DNA of 29,688 bases, taken from the NCBI GenBank assembly GCA_964525615.1, contig CAZGKG010000003.1, forward strand, positions 457 to 30,144. The letters are read 5' to 3'. This stretch comes from an uncultured Rickettsiales bacterium (GTDB lineage: Bacteria; Pseudomonadota; Alphaproteobacteria; Holosporales; CAZGKG01). Shown piece by piece: positions 25,230 through 29,688 of the stretch. Position 1 is the first letter of the stretch, and every line of letters starts with the position of its first letter. The notes beneath the pieces are model-generated. The model saw only the letters and a program-made list of their open reading frames with translations. It was not told where the DNA came from and ran no database searches. The position numbers and the translations under genes were made by a program.

Positions 25230-27806
25230 GTGATGGAGAGTCAAAGATATAACTTCCATGAGACGGAAGCCAAGTGGCAGAAGCGTTGGGCAGAAGATCA
25301 GGCTTTTCGTGTTGATGAAAAGGATGAGACACGTCCTCCTTTTTACGTCCTTGAGATGTTCCCTTATCCATCGGGACGTCCCCATATGGGCCATGCCCGC
25401 AACTATGTTTTAGGTGATGTCATGGCGCGTTTTCATTGGGCTATGGGGTATCAGGTTCTTCATCCGATGGGATGGGATGCTTTTGGACTTCCAGCTGAAA
25501 ATGCCGCAATCAAGCATGGAATTCATCCTCAGGAATGGACTTTTCGCAATGCCTCTGAAATGGCTGAAGAATTACGTCTTTTAGGATTTTCTTATGATTG
25601 GAGTCGTGAGTTTTTTTCCTGTGTCCCTGATTACTATTGTCATGAACAAAAGATGTTTCTAGATTTTTTTCGTGAAGGGTTGGCCTATCGGAAAGAATCT
25701 TTTGTGAATTGGGATCCCGTAGAGCAAACTGTTCTAGCGAATGAGCAAGTCATTGATGGTCGTGGTTGGCGTTCCGATGCCCTTGTGGAGCGCCGTTTGC
25801 TGTCCCAATGGTTTTTAAAAATTACTGATTTTGCTGACGATCTCATTGAAAGTTTAAAAAAACTTGAGGAGTGGCCTGAGCAAGTCAAAGCAATGCAGGT
25901 CAATTGGGTGGGTCGCTCTCAAGGAGCTCGTGTGGTCTTTCCTTTAGAGGAAGGCCAAGAGAGTATTGAGGTTTTTACCACCCGACCTGACACCCTTTTT
26001 GGCGCTTCTTTTGTAGGAATTTCTCCCGATCATCCATTTGCCAAGAGGTGGGCATGCGCGAACCCTGAACTTGATCTTTTTAGACGAGATTGTCATCAAG
26101 GGGGAACCTCCACCGCTCTTTTAGAGGCGGGAGAAAAGCGTGGCATTGAAACGGGTTATTTTGTGAGTCACCCTCTGTTGCCAGGAAAAAAACTTCCCGT
26201 CTGTTTAGTGAACTATGTTTTGATGGAGTATGGGACAGGAGCTGTTTTTGGATGTCCTGCTCATGACGCAAGAGATTTTCAAGTGGCTCAAAACTTGGGT
26301 CTTCCCATCATACCTGTTATTTGTCCTCCTGAGGGTCAGTCCCATGATTATGAGAAGGAGGCTTATACAGGAGACGGCACTTTAATGAACTCCTTTTTTG
26401 TAGATGGCTTTTCGATACAGCAAGCCCAAGAACGCATGATTTCCTTTTTGGAGGAAAAAGGCTTAGGCTCTGGAGAGACAATTTATCGTCTTCGCGATTG
26501 GGGGGTTTCTCGCCAAAGGTATTGGGGGTGCCCCATTCCTCTGATCCATTGTCCTTCTTGTGGGATTGTGCCCGTTCTTGAAAAAGATCTGCCTGTAACG
26601 CTTCCTCTTGATGTAACTTTTGAAAAGTCTGGCAATCCTTTAGATCATCACCCCACTTGGAAACATGTGTCTTGTCCCCAATGTGCTGGTCAAGCCGAGA
26701 GAGAGACCGATACGTTGGATACTTTTTTTGAATCTTCTTGGTATTTTTTAAGATTTTGTAGTCCTCATTCGCCTCAAGCGTTTGATGAAAGGGCTGTGAA
26801 CTATTGGATGCCCGTGAATCAGTACATTGGTGGCATTGAACATGCTGTTTTGCACTTGCTCTATGCTCGTTTTTTTATGCGAGCTTTGAGCCGTTGTGGA
26901 TATCGTGTGCCTGTAGAGGAACCTTTCAAAGGCTTATTTACGCAAGGAATGGTTTGTCATCGCACTTATAAAGATCAAAAAGGTCACTGGGTTTACCCTC
27001 ATGAGGTCGAAGAGAGAGAGGGCGGCGCTTTTCTCAAAAAAACGGGTGAATCCTTAACCGTCGGTCGTCTGGAAAAGATGAGCAAATCGAAATGTAATTT
27101 AGTTGGTGTTGATACGATTGCCCGTACTTACGGTGCCGATGCAGCACGGCTTTTTATGCTTTCTGATACGCCTCCAGAAAAAGATATGGAATGGACGGAA
27201 AGTGGAATTGAGGGAAGCTGGCGCTATTTAAATCGTCTCTGGAGGCTGTTAAACCGTCATCTGAAGGATTTCCCTCTAAATCAGGACTCTTCTCATTTAA
27301 ACCTCTCTTTAGAAGCTCAGGAGCTATTAGGCCTGACTCACCGAACAATTGTAGGGGTTCAGGGGGATCTTGCAGGTTTTCATTTAAACAAATATATCGC
27401 TCGTTTAAGAGAATTGAGTAATCATATTGAGGTGTTTAAACCTCATGAAAATTCAGATTTTGCTGTTTTGAAAGAGGTTTGGTTTATTTTTGTGCGTTTA
27501 ATAGCCCCAGCACTGCCACATTTAGGAGAGGAACTTTGGTCCTTACTGGGCGGTGAGGGATATGTCCATAAGGCTCCTTGGCCTGAGTCTCAGGAACGTT
27601 TTCTCAAAAAAAACCAGATAACTCTTCCTGTGCAAGTCAACGGGAAAAAACGTGGTGATGTCTCCTTGAGTGTAGGGATGTCAGAAGAGGAAGTGGGGCG
27701 AATTGTTTTAAGCCTTCCTTTTGTGGAACGTCTTCTCCAAGGAGCCACCCCTCATAAAATTGTGGTTGTACCTGGCAAAATTATTAATGTGGTTTTTCAT
27801 GGGTAA
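25230..27806 (+). CDS. leuS: Leucine--tRNA ligase
   Basis: [25 protein letters not shown], editing domain ([19 protein letters not shown]), [31 protein letters not shown]. Confidence 0.99.
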   Translation: MMESQRYNFHETEAKWQKRWAEDQAFRVDEKDETRPPFYVLEMFPYPSGRPHMGHARNYVLGDVMARFHWAMGYQVLHPMGWDAFGLPAENAAIKHGIHPQEWTFRNASEMAEELRLLGFSYDWSREFFSCVPDYYCHEQKMFLDFFREGLAYRKESFVNWDPVEQTVLANEQVIDGRGWRSDALVERRLLSQWFLKITDFADDLIESLKKLEEWPEQVKAMQVNWVGRSQGARVVFPLEEGQESIEVFTTRPDTLFGASFVGISPDHPFAKRWACANPELDLFRRDCHQGGTSTALLEAGEKRGIETGYFVSHPLLPGKKLPVCLVNYVLMEYGTGAVFGCPAHDARDFQVAQNLGLPIIPVICPPEGQSHDYEKEAYTGDGTLMNSFFVDGFSIQQAQERMISFLEEKGLGSGETIYRLRDWGVSRQRYWGCPIPLIHCPSCGIVPVLEKDLPVTLPLDVTFEKSGNPLDHHPTWKHVSCPQCAGQAERETDTLDTFFESSWYFLRFCSPHSPQAFDERAVNYWMPVNQYIGGIEHAVLHLLYARFFMRALSRCGYRVPVEEPFKGLFTQGMVCHRTYKDQKGHWVYPHEVEEREGGAFLKKTGESLTVGRLEKMSKSKCNLVGVDTIARTYGADAARLFMLSDTPPEKDMEWTESGIEGSWRYLNRLWRLLNRHLKDFPLNQDSSHLNLSLEAQELLGLTHRTIVGVQGDLAGFHLNKYIARLRELSNHIEVFKPHENSDFAVLKEVWFIFVRLIAPALPHLGEELWSLLGGEGYVHKAPWPESQERFLKKNQITLPVQVNGKKRGDVSLSVGMSEEEVGRIVLSLPFVERLLQGATPHKIVVVPGKIINVVFHG

Positions 27807-28317
27807 AAAATTAGCCCTTCTTTTGTATTTGTTGGTTCTGTTTTTAGGAGGATGCGTTCCTTTGTTGAATTCTTTTCCCGAAGATGTTCAGCAAGCCTTT
27901 CAATCTATTAAAATTGAAACAATTCCAGAGAGAAATGGTCAGTTTTTAAAAAATCGTTTGGAAAAAATTCTCACCCCTGAAGGGAATGGCCCTTGTCTTT
28001 ATCGTTTGAGGACTCAGATTACCAAAACAGAGCAATTGATGGGCATGGGAAAAGATGGGACGACCCGTCGTGTTCGTACAACGGTCTCGGTCACCTACAC
28101 ATTAACTTTAATTACAACCGGTAATCAGGTTTTTTCTAATACCTTACAAACTCACAGTTCCTACAATTACCTATCAGAAGGGTATTATGCGAATACCGTT
28201 TCTGAGCAGGCGTCTGAACGTTCCTGTTTGGAAGTATTAGCAAATTTGATTGCTTTGGATCTTGGGATGTTTTTTTCTCAAGGAACAAAGACGCATAAAA
28301 CTTGGGGTGCTTCTTAA
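27799..28317 (+). CDS. lptE: LPS-assembly lipoprotein LptE
   Basis: ATG 27799 overlapping the leuS end; lipobox LGGC; [20 protein letters not shown]; conserved leuS-lptE-holA order. Confidence 0.8.
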   Translation: MGKKLALLLYLLVLFLGGCVPLLNSFPEDVQQAFQSIKIETIPERNGQFLKNRLEKILTPEGNGPCLYRLRTQITKTEQLMGMGKDGTTRRVRTTVSVTYTLTLITTGNQVFSNTLQTHSSYNYLSEGYYANTVSEQASERSCLEVLANLIALDLGMFFSQGTKTHKTWGAS

Positions 28318-28369
28318 GAGAGCAGGGGAGGAAAGTCTTTCGACAAGACAAGATATTGGAGAGTTTTAA

Positions 28370-29335
28370 ATGAAGATAGATCCTTCCCAGCTTGATTGGC
28401 GTTTGTTCTTTCAAAAGCCTCCAGAGCTTGTGTTGCTGTATGGTTCTGATAAAGGATTAATTCGTTTTTTTTTAGAAGACTGTCGTAAGACGCTGAAGAA
28501 ATCACCCTTTCTTTTAAAAATCGTTCAAGAAGAAATTTTCTGGGAAGATCCTCACAGTTTTTTTCAGTCGGACCTTTTTTCTGAAAAGGGAGCTTCCTCT
28601 ATTGTCGTTTTGGAAGAGGTTTCTGACAAAAATGCAAAACGCTATCACTCTTTTCTGGACTCGGGAATTAAGGGATCGTTGATTTTGACCTCTTTAAAAA
28701 TGCGGGCTGCTTCAAGTTTAGTGCAGGAGGCTCAAAAATCTCCTGGTCAATGGGCGGTTGCTTGCTATCCTTTAGGATTACCCGAAAAGGGACTCATCAT
28801 TCAAAAAAAAGCCCACACCTTGGGGATTCGTTTTTCCAAAGAAGCGCTTCAGATGATTTCAATTGCGATCGATCTGGAAGATCTCTCTGCAACACTAGAA
28901 AAACTTTCTCTTTGGGGAGACTCAGAGGTGTTTCCTGAGGCTCTTGAGTCTTGCCTGGGGCAGGTGAACTTTCTTTTTGAAGGGGATCTGGCCTATATTC
29001 TTTCAGGTCGTCAGCAGGGGCCTTTTCAGAGTTGGGTTGCTCAAGCCCGAGCCGAAGATGTTTTACAAGGGCTGCGTCAAGCGGGACGTCATTTTATGAA
29101 CTTGCTCTGTGTACAAAGTGGTCTTCTTTCCCAAAGATCTCTAGATGAAAGTTTGGCAGGACTTTCTTCCCCGATTTTTTTTAAGCAGCTTCCCCTTTTT
29201 AAGGCCCATCTACGCCAATGGTCACTTTCTCAACTTTTATTTTCTTTGTCTCTTTTAGCCCGTGCAGAGCTTTTATTGAAGAAAAGGCCCTTCGACCGAG
29301 GCTACATTTTTCTTTTGCAACAGATCATGCAATAA
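28370..29335 (+). CDS. holA: DNA polymerase III subunit delta
   Basis: LVLLYGSDKGLI, SDLF, LEKLSLW, PIFFKQ...FK..L..W; position after lptE. Confidence 0.85.
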   Translation: MKIDPSQLDWRLFFQKPPELVLLYGSDKGLIRFFLEDCRKTLKKSPFLLKIVQEEIFWEDPHSFFQSDLFSEKGASSIVVLEEVSDKNAKRYHSFLDSGIKGSLILTSLKMRAASSLVQEAQKSPGQWAVACYPLGLPEKGLIIQKKAHTLGIRFSKEALQMISIAIDLEDLSATLEKLSLWGDSEVFPEALESCLGQVNFLFEGDLAYILSGRQQGPFQSWVAQARAEDVLQGLRQAGRHFMNLLCVQSGLLSQRSLDESLAGLSSPIFFKQLPLFKAHLRQWSLSQLLFSLSLLARAELLLKKRPFDRGYIFLLQQIMQ

Positions 29336-29341
29336 CCTGCC

Positions 29342-29688
29342 CTAACTGATGTTTTGATTCTTATACGCCAAAATTATCGGAACGGATTTAAGATTTTTTT
29401 GAATCGTTTGATAACTTGCCCTTAAGGGGGGAATTTTTCTTATGGGGGGCTCAAAATTTCTTGACGATGTCGAATCTTTAAGGCGATTTTTTATTTTTCG
29501 AAGACGGGGGGTGGGAGAAAGAGGTGTTTTTGCCATATAAAGCATTTTGAGGGCGGCACCTCCAAGACTTTTAAGAGCAGGAACTTTTTTTGTTTCCATC
29601 CTTCCAGAAATTTGTGACATTCGAGATTCATCATGAAAAACAAGATGTCTTTCTTTGTTTAATTTTATAGATTTTTGCATATATTTTT
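29342..29688 (-). CDS. Hypothetical basic protein, possibly 5'-partial
   Basis: The only minus frame open across the stretch; open to the window end, stop 6 nt from the holA stop; no recognisable motif. Confidence 0.4.
   Translation of the reverse strand, partial: KYMQKSIKLNKERHLVFHDESRMSQISGRMETKKVPALKSLGGAALKMLYMAKTPLSPTPRLRKIKNRLKDSTSSRNFEPPIRKIPPLRASYQTIQKNLKSVPIILAYKNQNIS

Noticed and set aside
1-29688. CRISPR arrays, tRNA/rRNA genes, IS elements, prophage
   Set aside because: No regularly spaced repeats, cloverleafs, transposase/integrase motifs or phage structural genes seen by eye; a tRNAscan/Infernal run would be needed to exclude small RNAs

Overview
A compact, roughly 40% GC, homopolymer-rich segment of an alphaproteobacterial chromosome. 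Coq7, a DUF1476/zeta subunit, DUF3576-leuS-lptE-holA and system I ccm genes point to Alphaproteobacteria; a host-associated Holosporales/Rickettsiales-like lineage is my inference. Most genes are housekeeping: slt (partial, missing from the supplied ORF track), dapA, dnaN, mdh, coq7, fabF, ubiE, ccmBCDE, rlmE, sua5/tsaC, rpsB-tsf-pyrH-frr-gltX, leuS-lptE-holA. Notable points: (1) a tightly coupled four-gene mevalonate operon (class II HMG-CoA reductase, mevalonate kinase, phosphomevalonate kinase, diphosphomevalonate decarboxylase) directly behind fabF, with no HMG-CoA synthase, thiolase or IPP isomerase in the window, while the uppS-cdsA-dxr block is absent from its usual place after frr; (2) two perfect parS palindromes, each just after a stop codon, suggesting an origin-proximal region; (3) a full-length frr with an in-frame TAA at codon 21, and a frameshifted ccmB; (4) an orphan phage-holin-like membrane gene with no adjacent endolysin; (5) a lipoprotein secretin (MshL/BfpB-like) divergent from a minimal A24 prepilin peptidase; (6) a pseudoknot-capable rpsB leader. 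I found no rRNA, tRNA, CRISPR array or transposase. All family assignments come from motif recognition by eye, not database searches.
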